The notes beneath the pieces were generated by a model. It was not told the DNA's origin. It saw nothing but the letters and a program-made list of their open reading frames with translations, and ran no database searches. Of a stretch of DNA of 64,000 bases, positions 18,315 through 28,240 are shown in pieces. This DNA comes from Candidatus Fermentibacteraceae bacterium. Its GTDB lineage: Bacteria > Fermentibacterota > Fermentibacteria > Fermentibacterales > JCC-6. The stretch spans positions 301,514 to 365,513 of the forward strand of contig JBGSZS010000018.1 in NCBI GenBank assembly GCA_041750285.1, in the 5' to 3' direction. The translations under genes and the position numbers were made by a program. Every line of letters begins with the position of its first letter. Positions within the stretch are counted from its first letter, which is position 1.

Positions 18315-19430
18315 ATGAAAAGGTTCCCGGCCATTCCCCTGATCGCGGCCCTGGCGGCTGGATGCGGTGGAACCGCTGAAACGCCTGCGGATGCTTCAAC
18401 TGATGTGAGATATCTCGTCGTGGTTGATTCGATCGGAGTGGAGACGGGTGACTCATGCTACACCTTCGGCGGAATAGAGGGTGTGGAGTACTGCCCGGAC
18501 GGAAACATCGCGGTTCTCGACTGCGTAAGGGCCGGGCTCATGATCTACTCCCCGGAAGGCGAGTACCTGCGAAGGATAGGGCAACGGGGCAACGGTCCGG
18601 GCGAACTGGGAAACGTGGCATTTCTGGCCATCACCGAGGACGGGCACATTCTGCTGGCGGGAGAGGGAAGCGAGATTCTTGGTCTTCACCAGTACGAATA
18701 CGCCTCCGGGGAGTGGCTGGGGTCCATTCCCTCCATGACCACCCCGCCCACGTGCATCGAAGGGGCCGAGGAAGACTGCCACGTACGGAAGGACCTTCGG
18801 CTGGACGTATCCACGGGAGAACCGATTGTCTTCATGAGCGCCTCGAAGTACCGCTTCGGCTCGGAGGAACCAGTGCACACATACTTCGAGACCAGTTTCC
18901 CCTACGATCCCCAGGACATTGCCGGTCTGGTGGATGCCATATGGTTCGGCATCGACATGGCTTCTGATTTCAATGGAAACACATGGATCTCCCATAGGTC
19001 GAGCACCGAGGCAGTCGTTGTCCGCTACGGTCCGAACGGCATGGAAGCCGACAGGATCGAGCTCGACCTCGAACCTGTGCCCAGAACCCCCGAGGAGCTG
19101 GAATCGGAACGGCTGATTTTAACAACAAAAGCCATGATCATGGATTTCGACCAGCTTCCGCCATTGGAGCCCGATCCGTACAAGCCCTTGATCACAGGGC
19201 TTCATGCCGATGGCGAGGGGAATCTCTGGGTCCAACTCGGTGGTCCGGCGGTTCCCGAGTTCAGGGTGTTCTCACCGGAAGGTGATTTCCTTTACACAGT
19301 CCTTCTCCAGAATCCGGCGGCCGATGCCGGCTCCTGGAAGTTCTGTATCGGTGACACGGGCGTGCTGGCATACGCTGATGATCCGATGGATGGGTATCAG
19401 AAGGTTTACATACTTGAAATGGTTCAATAG
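18315..19430 (+). CDS. Lipoprotein with six-bladed beta-propeller (NHL-like)
   Basis: Lipobox LAAGC; G.Y...IG.RG.GPGE; D..GN.WV. Confidence 0.85.
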   Translation: MKRFPAIPLIAALAAGCGGTAETPADASTDVRYLVVVDSIGVETGDSCYTFGGIEGVEYCPDGNIAVLDCVRAGLMIYSPEGEYLRRIGQRGNGPGELGNVAFLAITEDGHILLAGEGSEILGLHQYEYASGEWLGSIPSMTTPPTCIEGAEEDCHVRKDLRLDVSTGEPIVFMSASKYRFGSEEPVHTYFETSFPYDPQDIAGLVDAIWFGIDMASDFNGNTWISHRSSTEAVVVRYGPNGMEADRIELDLEPVPRTPEELESERLILTTKAMIMDFDQLPPLEPDPYKPLITGLHADGEGNLWVQLGGPAVPEFRVFSPEGDFLYTVLLQNPAADAGSWKFCIGDTGVLAYADDPMDGYQKVYILEMVQ

Positions 19431-19437
19431 CCTGCGT

Positions 19438-20385
19438 TCAGAACGTGTTCTCCCGAAGCTTCGCCGCCCTTCTGCCTGAGGCTTCCAGAAGCACGCCAAG
19501 CGTTATCGGCAGGGCAGTGATCAACATCCCGCCAAGCACGGCGTGACCCGAATCCCGGGCTCCAACCATTGCGTCATGGATCACCCCGGCGATTATCAGC
19601 AGCCAGAACACTCCCGAGAGGGTCAGAAGAACCCGACCCATCACCCTTCTGAAACCAGTCCGTCGCGGGGAGGGAGTACTGACGGGTAAGGGTGTGGGTT
19701 TACCGCCCGCACCCCATCTCTGCGCCGACAGGGCACGCCCTTTTTTCAGAAAACGAATGCCGAGTACGAAGTAGAGCACCACCATGGGAACGACCATGAG
19801 CGCCCAGCCAGTGCCTGAAAGAACGAAACTGTCGTAAAGACCGTGGAGCAGCCACGCAAGGAGCAGGGCGGCTGCCAGGTTTGCGTTCCGGCGGCTGCGC
19901 GATCGGGCAAACCTGGCCATCCCCATGTAACGGCCCATCAGAACCCCCGTGAAGGCGTGCCCGGGGATCGCTGTAAGGGCTCTGGCAATGCCGACGCCGA
20001 TGCCGTGCCCAAGAACGTAAAGCACGTTCTCGGCCATGGCGAAACCTATGGATACGGCTGAGGCGTATACGATACCGTCGTTCGGCTCATTGAAGTTCCT
20101 GCTCTTCCAGGCGAAAACCAGGACCACCAGCAGCTTCATCGTTTCCTCGACGGGCGAGATCACAAGGAACGACTGAAGACCCGCTTGAACAAGACCGTCA
20201 CCGGCAAAAAGGGAACTCTCCAGAAAAATGCCCTCGATGAGTGCTGCGGGAACGACGGAGAGGATCCCGATGAAAAGCATGCGGGTGACAAAGCCCATGG
20301 GTTCGGGCTCTATCCTGTCGTACCGCAGGATGTAGATGAGAAACCCGATGGGCGGCGCCAGGGCAAGAAGAGTCAGGAAGACCAT
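19438..20385 (-). CDS. PrsW-family intramembrane metalloprotease
   Basis: D..EPEP, EE..K, GFA..EN, H and HGLYD motifs; polytopic. Confidence 0.9.
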   Translation of the reverse strand: MVFLTLLALAPPIGFLIYILRYDRIEPEPMGFVTRMLFIGILSVVPAALIEGIFLESSLFAGDGLVQAGLQSFLVISPVEETMKLLVVLVFAWKSRNFNEPNDGIVYASAVSIGFAMAENVLYVLGHGIGVGIARALTAIPGHAFTGVLMGRYMGMARFARSRSRRNANLAAALLLAWLLHGLYDSFVLSGTGWALMVVPMVVLYFVLGIRFLKKGRALSAQRWGAGGKPTPLPVSTPSPRRTGFRRVMGRVLLTLSGVFWLLIIAGVIHDAMVGARDSGHAVLGGMLITALPITLGVLLEASGRRAAKLRENTF

Positions 20386-20472
20386 GCCAATGCTTTTCCC
20401 GTCTGCTCGAAGAAATCAGCCGCATGCTAACAGAGGAAGAACGCGGGGTCAATTGCCCGGACAGGCAGGACC

Positions 20473-20513
20473 TTGACGGTTGGGAAACTTACTCTAATAT
20501 TCAGAGTACTCTG
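20473..20513 (+). promoter_or_regulatory. Promoter with overlapping palindromic operator
   Basis: TTGACG..TAATAT, with TACTCT-N7-AGAGTA across the -10 and palindrome CAGAGTACTCTG. Confidence 0.6.
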
Positions 20514-20528
20514 TGAAAGGAGAGAAAG

Positions 20529-21095
20529 ATGGTACAGGAAACCCTTGAATCGGACATCCGGTATGTGCGTGCACTGGTCGAGAGATCGGGAAGCGGGTCG
20601 TTCCCGAGGTCTGTCTACGTACTGTGGGCGGTCATATGTCTTCTGGGTTTCGGCATGATCGACTTCGCTCCGAACTGGACCGGTCCGTTCTGGATGGTCG
20701 CGGGTCCCGGGGGAGGAATACTCAGCGGCATCCTGGGCCACAGGGCGGGAGTGAGGATGGGGCAGATCGACAGGGGGATCGGCATACGCCACGCGCTCCA
20801 CTGGGGCGGGATGCTTGTGGTGATAATGCTCGCCGTCGTACTGGCCGTGACGGGATTCATCCAGGGAACGGTCCTGAGTCAGGTCATTCTTCTTCTTGTC
20901 GCACTGGGATGGTGGACCGCGGGAGTGCATTTCGACCGCAACTTCCTGTGGTTCGCTGCCGTGATGGTTTTCGGCTTCATTGGAACCATTTTCGACACGA
21001 ACTACACCTGGACGGTCATCGGGGTCCTTCTGGCCGTCAATCTTGTCGTCGCGGCGCTCCGCAGGAGGAAAGGCGAAGCGGAAAATGGCCGTTGA
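20529..21095 (+). CDS. Integral membrane protein (about 6 TM)
   Basis: AGGAG RBS, hydrophobic helices, overlaps the downstream regulator. Confidence 0.8.
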   Translation: MVQETLESDIRYVRALVERSGSGSFPRSVYVLWAVICLLGFGMIDFAPNWTGPFWMVAGPGGGILSGILGHRAGVRMGQIDRGIGIRHALHWGGMLVVIMLAVVLAVTGFIQGTVLSQVILLLVALGWWTAGVHFDRNFLWFAAVMVFGFIGTIFDTNYTWTVIGVLLAVNLVVAALRRRKGEAENGR

Positions 21096-21402
21096 TCGGG
21101 ACGCAAGGCTCAAAAATGATCTGGAAGCCGTCAGCAGCCTGCTCTCCCACAAGATCCGGCTGGGCATATGCGTACTGCTTTCCAGGAACACAGCCCTTTC
21201 ATTCTCCAGACTGAAGCAGCTTCTCGAGGAAACCGACGGAAGCCTCGGCGCACAGCTCAGAAAACTTGAGGATGAGGGGTTCATCAATGTGAACAAGGAG
21301 TTCGTACAAAGAAAGCCGGTGAGCTGGTACAGCCTTACCGAAGCCGGCAGGAAAGGGCTACTGAGCCATTTGGAGGCCATGAACCGACTGCTTGGCCGCT
21401 GA
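21085..21402 (+). CDS. Winged-helix transcriptional regulator (ArsR/HTH_34-like)
   Basis: RLGI..LL, F..LK..L..TDG.L..L.KLE..G, K.F..RKP...Y.LT..G. Confidence 0.9.
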   Translation: MAVDRDARLKNDLEAVSSLLSHKIRLGICVLLSRNTALSFSRLKQLLEETDGSLGAQLRKLEDEGFINVNKEFVQRKPVSWYSLTEAGRKGLLSHLEAMNRLLGR

Positions 21403-21476
21403 TCCGGCGATATCCTCCCTGGCAGGGATTGTGTATGCTTCCGCAGGCACTCGATCTCACACGGGAGGAACGGCGA

Positions 21477-22337
21477 ATGTCAATGAAACCCTTTTATGTT
21501 GCCGGTATTCTCTTCCCCTTTCCCCTGGTTTTCGGCGGTCTCGTGCCGCCGGCTACGGGAGTGGCTCCACTCGAGGAAGGCACCCTGGTCGCCGGACGTG
21601 ACTACCTTCTGTGGGACGGGACTCCCGGTGTCCTTCGTGCATCGGAGGTCGGATGCGACCGTTTCTTCAGGCCCGTCTCATCTCCAGACATGCGAACGGT
21701 TGCGGTCTGGGCCGGGTCCGATGCGGTGAACTGCGTTGTGGTTCTTACCTGCTCGGGCTTCGAGGTAATGGGGCCATATGCCGAGGCAGGTCTTCCATGC
21801 TGGGACGGTGCGGGGAACCTCTGGTTCACTGCGGAGGGATCTCTTCTCCGCAATGGTGACACTGTGCGCACGGGGCTTTCAGCTCACCACATAAGCATCG
21901 ATCAGGCAGGCGGCACGGTCGTGTTCACGGACCGGGACGACAGGATACTTGCATTGAACATCGAAACCGGAGCCGTTGACACCGTCTCCACGGCGTACAG
22001 GTTCTACGGCCCCTTCTTCACCCCCGGCGGCGACATCGTTTCCCCCTCGCTCGATGGCGGGATCTGGATGTTCAGGAACTCTGATGCCCTCTTCGTGGAC
22101 AACGGGGAACACCCTGCCTGGTGGCGGGAGCGGAACGGGCTCGTCTACATCAGAAGCACCGATGACGGAATGAACCTTACTTCGTCGGAGATATGGCTCT
22201 GGACCGGTGAGAAAGGTGTGGAGCAGCTCACCGACACCCCCTACATCCTTGAGGTGTATCCCTCACCCGCGCCCGGGGGTGTCTACTACGTGGACGCCTT
22301 CAGCGGGCTTGTTGGGTGTGCCGGGGCTGTCCGGTGA
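21477..22337 (+). CDS. Exported TolB-like beta-propeller protein
   Basis: GGAGG RBS; P..SPD, P.W and QLTDTP blade motifs. Confidence 0.65.
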   Translation: MSMKPFYVAGILFPFPLVFGGLVPPATGVAPLEEGTLVAGRDYLLWDGTPGVLRASEVGCDRFFRPVSSPDMRTVAVWAGSDAVNCVVVLTCSGFEVMGPYAEAGLPCWDGAGNLWFTAEGSLLRNGDTVRTGLSAHHISIDQAGGTVVFTDRDDRILALNIETGAVDTVSTAYRFYGPFFTPGGDIVSPSLDGGIWMFRNSDALFVDNGEHPAWWRERNGLVYIRSTDDGMNLTSSEIWLWTGEKGVEQLTDTPYILEVYPSPAPGGVYYVDAFSGLVGCAGAVR

Positions 22338-23665
22338 AAACCTGCGCATTGCTCCTGCTGCTTGTGTCCCCGGGCGCCAGGGGTTGGACTGTATGCCTCG
22401 ACCCCGGCCACGGGGGGACGGACCCCGGTGCAGGCGGCTTGTACTGCCTTGAAAAGGATGTGAACCTCGAGGTTGCCTTCCTTGCGAGAAGCTTCCTCGA
22501 AGCGGTGCCCGAGTGCGAATGGGTGGGAATGACCCGGACCGGCGACTACACGGTCTCTCTGGCCAACCGCGTGTCGTATGCGAACCAGAACGGGTTCGAC
22601 AGGTTCATGTCGGTCCACGAGAACGCCTTCAACACACAGACGCAGGGCACCGAGACCTTCTGCGAGACCCCCGTTCCGGGAAACCAGGGCTACGACCTCG
22701 CATCCAAAGCGCTTGACGGCATACTCTGGGCCCACGGCTACCCCGACCGCGGCGTCAAGGACGGCAGCTGGATCTATGTTATCGCGAACACCACCATGCC
22801 CGCCATACTCGGGGAGGGATCCTTCATCGACTATGACGGCGCCTGGAACGAATCCTACAGGTATTTCACGAACTGGAACGACCACAAGGGAAGGCAGGGA
22901 TGGGCCTACGCCCAGGCCATCTGCCTTCACCTGGGCTCGACTCCACCGCCGTACAGCCCTCAGGGCTTCGTTGTCGACAACCTTTCCGCCGGTTTCTCGG
23001 TCAACCAGGGCAGCCAGTGGAACACCGGCAACTACGGAGCGCCATGGGGACCTGACTACAGATGGAGCACGACATCGAACGGGTCGGACTGGGCAAGGTG
23101 GACGCCCGACCTTCCGCAGGCGGGCTGGCATGACGTGTCGGTGTGGTACACCGACGGAACGAACCGGGCACCAGATGCGGTTTACACGGTGCATCACCAG
23201 AACGGGGAAACCCAGTTCACGGTCGACCAGACACAGGACGGCGGACAGTGGAACCTTCTGGGCAGCTTTTTCTTCAACGGGGGAACCGGCGGCTGGGTGG
23301 CACTCAGCGAGGAAGGGACAACTCCCGGCAGGGTTGTCATTGCCGATGCGGTCCGGTTCGAGCCAGGACTTACGGGTATCGAAGACGGAGGTGAAACCCC
23401 CGTTCAGCAGGTGCCTGTGCTCACAGTTTCGCCGAACCCGGGGAAAGCATTCACAGTCAGCGTCGAACTTCCGGACGGGTGTACGGAGGGCGTGAATGTC
23501 TACGACATGATGGGGCGCCTGGTGGAAACACTTTTCACGCCTGACGGTTCACCGGGAGTGCATGTCTTTCACTGGCTCCCCTCAGAACTTCCGGCGGGAG
23601 TGTACACGCTGTCGGTCATTGCGGGTTCGGACCGTTTCTCGCAGAGGGTGATGCTTCTGCCCTGA
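22334..23665 (+). CDS. N-acetylmuramoyl-L-alanine amidase (Amidase_3) with golvesin/CBM-like domain and T9SS-like CTD
   Basis: LDPGHGG.D, EK.VNL, SVHEN, PAILGE; VDN..W.PDLP..VDQ..GG.W..LG; SPNP..YD..GR.V..GVY. Confidence 0.9.
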   Translation: MKTCALLLLLVSPGARGWTVCLDPGHGGTDPGAGGLYCLEKDVNLEVAFLARSFLEAVPECEWVGMTRTGDYTVSLANRVSYANQNGFDRFMSVHENAFNTQTQGTETFCETPVPGNQGYDLASKALDGILWAHGYPDRGVKDGSWIYVIANTTMPAILGEGSFIDYDGAWNESYRYFTNWNDHKGRQGWAYAQAICLHLGSTPPPYSPQGFVVDNLSAGFSVNQGSQWNTGNYGAPWGPDYRWSTTSNGSDWARWTPDLPQAGWHDVSVWYTDGTNRAPDAVYTVHHQNGETQFTVDQTQDGGQWNLLGSFFFNGGTGGWVALSEEGTTPGRVVIADAVRFEPGLTGIEDGGETPVQQVPVLTVSPNPGKAFTVSVELPDGCTEGVNVYDMMGRLVETLFTPDGSPGVHVFHWLPSELPAGVYTLSVIAGSDRFSQRVMLLP

Positions 23666-23707
23666 GCCCTGTTGCCTTCGATGTTCATGGTCAAGCGGAC
23701 GACAGCG

Positions 23708-24421
23708 TCACCCTGATGGAGCCTCAAAGGAAAGAACGCTTCGGGAGGGTATCCCCATCGGAACCCCCCAGGGGTCAGCCCTGTAGAATCCCTGATAGCT
23801 TCTTGCGGCCTCTTCGGATCCCTTCCGCCAGGGTATGAACCGGGTTTCGGTCGATCTCCCCGTCAGGCGCCTGAGAAGGATGCCCCTCGAAAGGTCGCAC
23901 CACCTGGAGATGGCCTCCATGTCAAGGCTGAACCTCATCACTGCTATCCGCCTCAGGTCGCTTTCCAGAGAATCCCCCGACTCGTCGATGTCGGACAGGA
24001 TCTCCCTGACCTCGTTCAACTGCTCCTGAATCCTGTGCTTGTAGTTCTCGAGATGGCTCATGAGGGTTTCAAGCCCGAGGCTCGTTCCGAAACGGAGCTT
24101 CATGAGCAGCTCCACCCTGAAACGGGAGAGGCCAGCGGGCTGACTGAGCCAGGCGTCGAGTTCCTCCCGTCCCTTCCCGGTCAGGCTGTACAGAACCCTC
24201 TTCTTCTTTTTCGTGTAGGCGTCGGTCTTCTCCAGAAGACCATCCTGATTCAGCTGCCTGAGCATTGGGTAGATGTTCCCGCTGGACTCGCGCCAGTAGT
24301 ACATCTCCCTGTCGTCCAGCGTCTTCCTTACATCGTATCCCGACATGGGGCCCTGGCTGAGAATTGCCAGCAGACCGTACATGGACTGTGTGTATTCAGG
24401 GTCCTTTTTTCGCATTGCCAT
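23708..24421 (-). CDS. PadR-family transcriptional regulator
   Basis: GPMSGYD, W..S.G.IYP.L, Y.LT.KG..EL..WL, C-terminal helical domain. Confidence 0.9.
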   Translation of the reverse strand: MAMRKKDPEYTQSMYGLLAILSQGPMSGYDVRKTLDDREMYYWRESSGNIYPMLRQLNQDGLLEKTDAYTKKKKRVLYSLTGKGREELDAWLSQPAGLSRFRVELLMKLRFGTSLGLETLMSHLENYKHRIQEQLNEVREILSDIDESGDSLESDLRRIAVMRFSLDMEAISRWCDLSRGILLRRLTGRSTETRFIPWRKGSEEAARSYQGFYRADPWGVPMGIPSRSVLSFEAPSG

Positions 24422-24473
24422 ACCTGTCCCTCCCTGGCGGTATCCTCTGGAAGCATGGGGGAATTTTTCCATC

Positions 24474-24504
24474 TTGACAATCTATCTTTTAGCACTATTA
24501 TGAT
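24474..24504 (+). promoter_or_regulatory. Sigma70-like promoter for the FG-GAP gene
   Basis: TTGACA-16 nt-TATTAT in an AT-rich region divergent from padR. Confidence 0.55.
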
Positions 24505-24545
24505 GCAAGTCCACGAAAAAGCAAACAACGAAGAAGGAGGATGCA

Positions 24546-26363
24546 ATGCTCTTCACAGTGGCGTTCATCACTTTGTTCTCCCTTCCCGGTGCGTTGCCCA
24601 TGTACGATCAAAGCCAGTCCGACTGGTCAGGGGGAGGCTGCTCCGCCGGACCGGTTCCCGTCTGGGGAAGCGAATTCCTCGGAAGCATGGGTACCGACTG
24701 GTTCGGCACGCCCGGTCAACTGTCCCTTGTCCCGATCAGTGCCGTTGCCGAAGTCATGACGGACGATTTGGGAAACCCTGCCTGCATGGATGCCGCCGAC
24801 CTTGACGGCGACGGTGACATCGATGTCGTCTGTTCGGGATTCGAGGCAGACCTTCTGATCTGGCTTGAGAACACTGGCGGAGCCGGATGGCTCTCCCACG
24901 TCGTGGACCAGAACCTTCCGGGATGCTGTGCGACAAAGGTATGGGACATGGACGAAGACGGGCACCCCGACATCATAAACGCCGCCGAGGCATCGGGCGC
25001 CGTTTCATGGTACCGCAACAACGGCTCAGGCGGCGGATGGCAGAAGCATGTCATAAGCGCCGGAGGGGGCAGCCCCTTCAGCCTCCAGGTGCGTGACTAC
25101 GATGAAGACGGCGATCCTGACGTCTGTGCCGCCCTTTACGGGTCGGGCAGGATCGTTATGTGGGAAAACGCCGACGGGGCGGGGACCACATGGACACTGC
25201 GAACGGTAAAATCAGGTTTCCCGGGCGCATGGTGGGTGGAGAGCGCCGACTTCGACCAGGACGGCGACTGGGACATTATCGCCTGCAGGTACGCCGGCGA
25301 GCTGTGCTGGTTCGAGAACAACGGCATGACCGGCGTCTGGGAGCAGCACCCCATAGCATCGGGATTGTCGGGACTTGTGAATTTCGCCGCGGGGGATATG
25401 GATTCTGACGGCGACATTGACATCGCCAGCGCTTCCATGACTCCCGGCAGGATTTGTCTTCACGAGAATCAGGGGATGGGTATGGCGTGGGTTTCCCTCG
25501 ATATGGACATCGACCTTGCCGGCCCGTGGTCATGCTGCGCGGCCGACCTCGACGGAGACGGAGACCTCGACGTCATCGCCAACGATCGAACCGCGGGTTT
25601 CGTCCACTGGTACTCGAATGCCGCGGGGGACGGCAGCGAATGGGTCCGCTGCCTTCTCGGAGACGGATACGCACTTCCAAACGATGTCATAGCAGCCGAT
25701 CTGGACGGAGACGGGATGGACGATCCCGTGGGGTCGATTGCCAACGACAACTCGGTACTCTGGTGGAAACTCACTGAAAGCCAGGCGACGCAGGGTTCCC
25801 TGACGAGTTCGATCCTCGACGCGGGGGAGGATGCCGCATGGGGTGTCATCACATGGGAGTGCGCGCTGCCCGGATCATCCGGCCTGGTCATGGAGGTCAG
25901 GGCAGGTCAGAATCCCGGCAATCTGGGCCCCTGGCAGACCGTTGCATACTCGGGGGACGATCTTTCGACGATCATTCCCGACCCCGTGCGATACTTTCAG
26001 TACCGGGTGACTCTGATTTCTTTCAATCCGGACGAATCCCCCGTATTCTCCGAGGTAACGCTCAACGCAGATCTCATGGGTGTCGAATCCGGCGGTTCCA
26101 CGGAATCCCCCGGATTGTGGGCACCCTCCCCGTGCAGCCCCGGGGCGGTTCCCGTTCACGTCAGCCTCGCCCGGGAATCAGCCGCGTCCATTCGAGTCTA
26201 TGACTTCGCGGGCAGGATCGTCACCGAGATGTTCAGGGGCGAACTTCCTGCGGGAAACCGCTGCCTTACATGGAATTGCGCAGCGCTTCCCCCGGGCGTC
26301 TACACTGTCGTGCTCACGGTTCCTCAGAGATGCGCCGTTGCGAACATTGTGCTCCTGAGGTAG
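24546..26363 (+). CDS. FG-GAP/VCBS repeat protein with T9SS-like CTD
   Basis: Seven D[LMYF]D.DG..D repeats each followed by W.EN-like motifs; C-terminal VYD..GR.V..W..PGVY. Confidence 0.9.
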   Translation: MLFTVAFITLFSLPGALPMYDQSQSDWSGGGCSAGPVPVWGSEFLGSMGTDWFGTPGQLSLVPISAVAEVMTDDLGNPACMDAADLDGDGDIDVVCSGFEADLLIWLENTGGAGWLSHVVDQNLPGCCATKVWDMDEDGHPDIINAAEASGAVSWYRNNGSGGGWQKHVISAGGGSPFSLQVRDYDEDGDPDVCAALYGSGRIVMWENADGAGTTWTLRTVKSGFPGAWWVESADFDQDGDWDIIACRYAGELCWFENNGMTGVWEQHPIASGLSGLVNFAAGDMDSDGDIDIASASMTPGRICLHENQGMGMAWVSLDMDIDLAGPWSCCAADLDGDGDLDVIANDRTAGFVHWYSNAAGDGSEWVRCLLGDGYALPNDVIAADLDGDGMDDPVGSIANDNSVLWWKLTESQATQGSLTSSILDAGEDAAWGVITWECALPGSSGLVMEVRAGQNPGNLGPWQTVAYSGDDLSTIIPDPVRYFQYRVTLISFNPDESPVFSEVTLNADLMGVESGGSTESPGLWAPSPCSPGAVPVHVSLARESAASIRVYDFAGRIVTEMFRGELPAGNRCLTWNCAALPPGVYTVVLTVPQRCAVANIVLLR

Positions 26364-26382
26364 CTCAAGAATGGAGTGAAGA

Positions 26383-27348
26383 ATGAAAACGCCGATATGT
26401 CTTGTGGCTTTGTCATTCACGGCAAGCTCATCACTGGCATGGCAACCTCCCGTGAACGCCGGCGAGCCGGTGAACACCAATCACAACGAGTGGTACCCCG
26501 TACTTGCCGGGGACGGGTCGTACATGATCTTCGTCTCGGACAGACCGGGCGGATTGGGAGACGCCGACCTCTGGATAACCTTCCTTGAGGATGGCGTCTG
26601 GGGGGAGCCTGAGAACATGGGCTCAAATGTGAACACGCCGTTCGGTGAGTCGGCCCCATTCCTTGCCGAAGATGACACGAAGCTCTACTTCCTTTCAGCC
26701 GACCCAGCCGGCTTCGGCGGCGGCGACATCTGGTTCTGTCCCATCTCGGGCGGTATTCCCGGACCTCGCGAGAATCTGGGAACTCCTATCAACAGCCCGG
26801 TCCTGGAGTGCTGCCCTCTTCCTTCGCCTGACGGAAGCCGTTTCTACTTCTGCTCAACAAGGAGCGGAGGCGCGGGGGGCGTCGATGTTTGGATATCGGA
26901 AAGATCGGGGGGCGTCTGGGGTGAACCGTACAATGCCGGCTCGAGGGTCAACGGCACCGGAACCGACTGTCCCAGATGGATTTCAGACGGGGGGGACACT
27001 GTTCTTCTCTGTTCGACAGGGCCGGGGGGTTACGGAGGAGCGGACATGTACTCGGTGTACGCGGAAGGAGACAGTCTGGGAGTTCCCGAAAACCTGGGCC
27101 CAGAACTGAACAGCCCTGCGGCGGAGTGGGGAGCCTGGTTCCTGGACAACGAGGGGGGGATCGGAGGGATGATCCTTTTCGGATCGGGCAGAGCTGGAGG
27201 CCTTGGTGGTCTGGACATATGGTTCAGCACCCAGACCGGGGAGTTCGGTACTGCATCATGGGGTGAGGTGAAGTCACTCTTCGCTTTCCGTGAACTGGAA
27301 GGCCGAAGCGAGAGCTCTGTCACCTGCCGGACAGGGATGATGCCGTAA
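26383..27348 (+). CDS. PD40/WD40-like repeat exported protein with SWGEVKSLF motif near the C-terminus
   Basis: Signal peptide; repeats P.N.G..VN...E..P....DG..F.S.R.GG.G..D.W. Confidence 0.9.
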   Translation: MKTPICLVALSFTASSSLAWQPPVNAGEPVNTNHNEWYPVLAGDGSYMIFVSDRPGGLGDADLWITFLEDGVWGEPENMGSNVNTPFGESAPFLAEDDTKLYFLSADPAGFGGGDIWFCPISGGIPGPRENLGTPINSPVLECCPLPSPDGSRFYFCSTRSGGAGGVDVWISERSGGVWGEPYNAGSRVNGTGTDCPRWISDGGDTVLLCSTGPGGYGGADMYSVYAEGDSLGVPENLGPELNSPAAEWGAWFLDNEGGIGGMILFGSGRAGGLGGLDIWFSTQTGEFGTASWGEVKSLFAFRELEGRSESSVTCRTGMMP

Positions 27349-28189
27349 CTCCCGTGGAGTCGACCGTCATGTGTTCGCCTCCACCAGAACCAGGCCACGG
27401 TGAGAGTTCGCGAGTGGAGAGATCGAGCGACCACATTTTCTCGTAATCACCCGCAACCGCAATGTAGACATGTCCCTCCGATGGGTCGAAGACCATTGAA
27501 GCCCTTGTGGGAAAGGCGTCGGTTGTGTTCACGGCCGCCTCGAGAACGGCCATGCCTGCGGCCGGCCCCATTACTCCTTCGCAGGCTTCGAGCGCCGCAT
27601 GCGCGGCGCGAAACCTGTCGGCTCCCACGCCCCGGATCTGCATGGGGTCTGCGCCCTGCCACTCGCAGTTGCTGAAGTTGGTCATCACCAGAACGTCACC
27701 ACCGGCCAGATCGAGAACCCGGTTACCGTTCTCACCCACCTCGATTATGGAGGCGGAGCCGGTGGCGTCGGCCACAAGCACATGAAGCGGGGGGTCGTCG
27801 TACTGCCGGAACGGCGCGGCCACGGCCATGTCCTGTATATCAGCAACGGTTGCGCCGTTGTAGATCATGGCGTAGAAGGGAATGAATATCAGGGGATTGT
27901 CCGAGCCGGCGGAAGGACCTGTCCAGGGAGCATCGATGACCTGCATGGTCGAGAAGCGGCCATCCGCCGTGAACCCCACCGTCGGGACGGGATTCCCGTC
28001 GGACATGAAAGACATCGTGAATACCGTTCCTCCCCTGCTGTCGCTCTCCAGTCTTAACAGGATGTCCTGTTCCGGGTACCAGTCGAAGTTCATGCCATAC
28101 CAGGCAGCACCGCAGCTGTAGTCAACAAAACTCGTGCATGCCTGCGCTGCGCAGCAGAGAACGATCAGAGCGCCGGTCGATAACCTCAT
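27320..28189 (-). CDS. Ntn-hydrolase (linear amide C-N hydrolase/choloylglycine hydrolase-like)
   Basis: Signal peptide then CTSF..G.NFDW (N-terminal Cys nucleophile); H..VAD.TG...IE; MTNF. Confidence 0.75.
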   Translation of the reverse strand: MRLSTGALIVLCCAAQACTSFVDYSCGAAWYGMNFDWYPEQDILLRLESDSRGGTVFTMSFMSDGNPVPTVGFTADGRFSTMQVIDAPWTGPSAGSDNPLIFIPFYAMIYNGATVADIQDMAVAAPFRQYDDPPLHVLVADATGSASIIEVGENGNRVLDLAGGDVLVMTNFSNCEWQGADPMQIRGVGADRFRAAHAALEACEGVMGPAAGMAVLEAAVNTTDAFPTRASMVFDPSEGHVYIAVAGDYEKMWSLDLSTRELSPWPGSGGGEHMTVDSTGVTASSLSGR

Positions 28190-28240
28190 CACCCCTCCCC
28201 TCGATTGATCGGGAGCAGGCTGGTACGGGCATTTCCCCTC

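Noticed and set aside
22413-22425. GGGGACGGAC match to the element end
   Set aside because: It is a short match inside the conserved amidase HGGTD codons with no further similarity.
24790-27230. Recurring DNA words (e.g. GACGGCGAC) suggesting a repeat array or CRISPR
   Set aside because: They are explained by protein-level FG-GAP and PD40 repeats; there is no identical repeat-spacer pattern and no cas gene.
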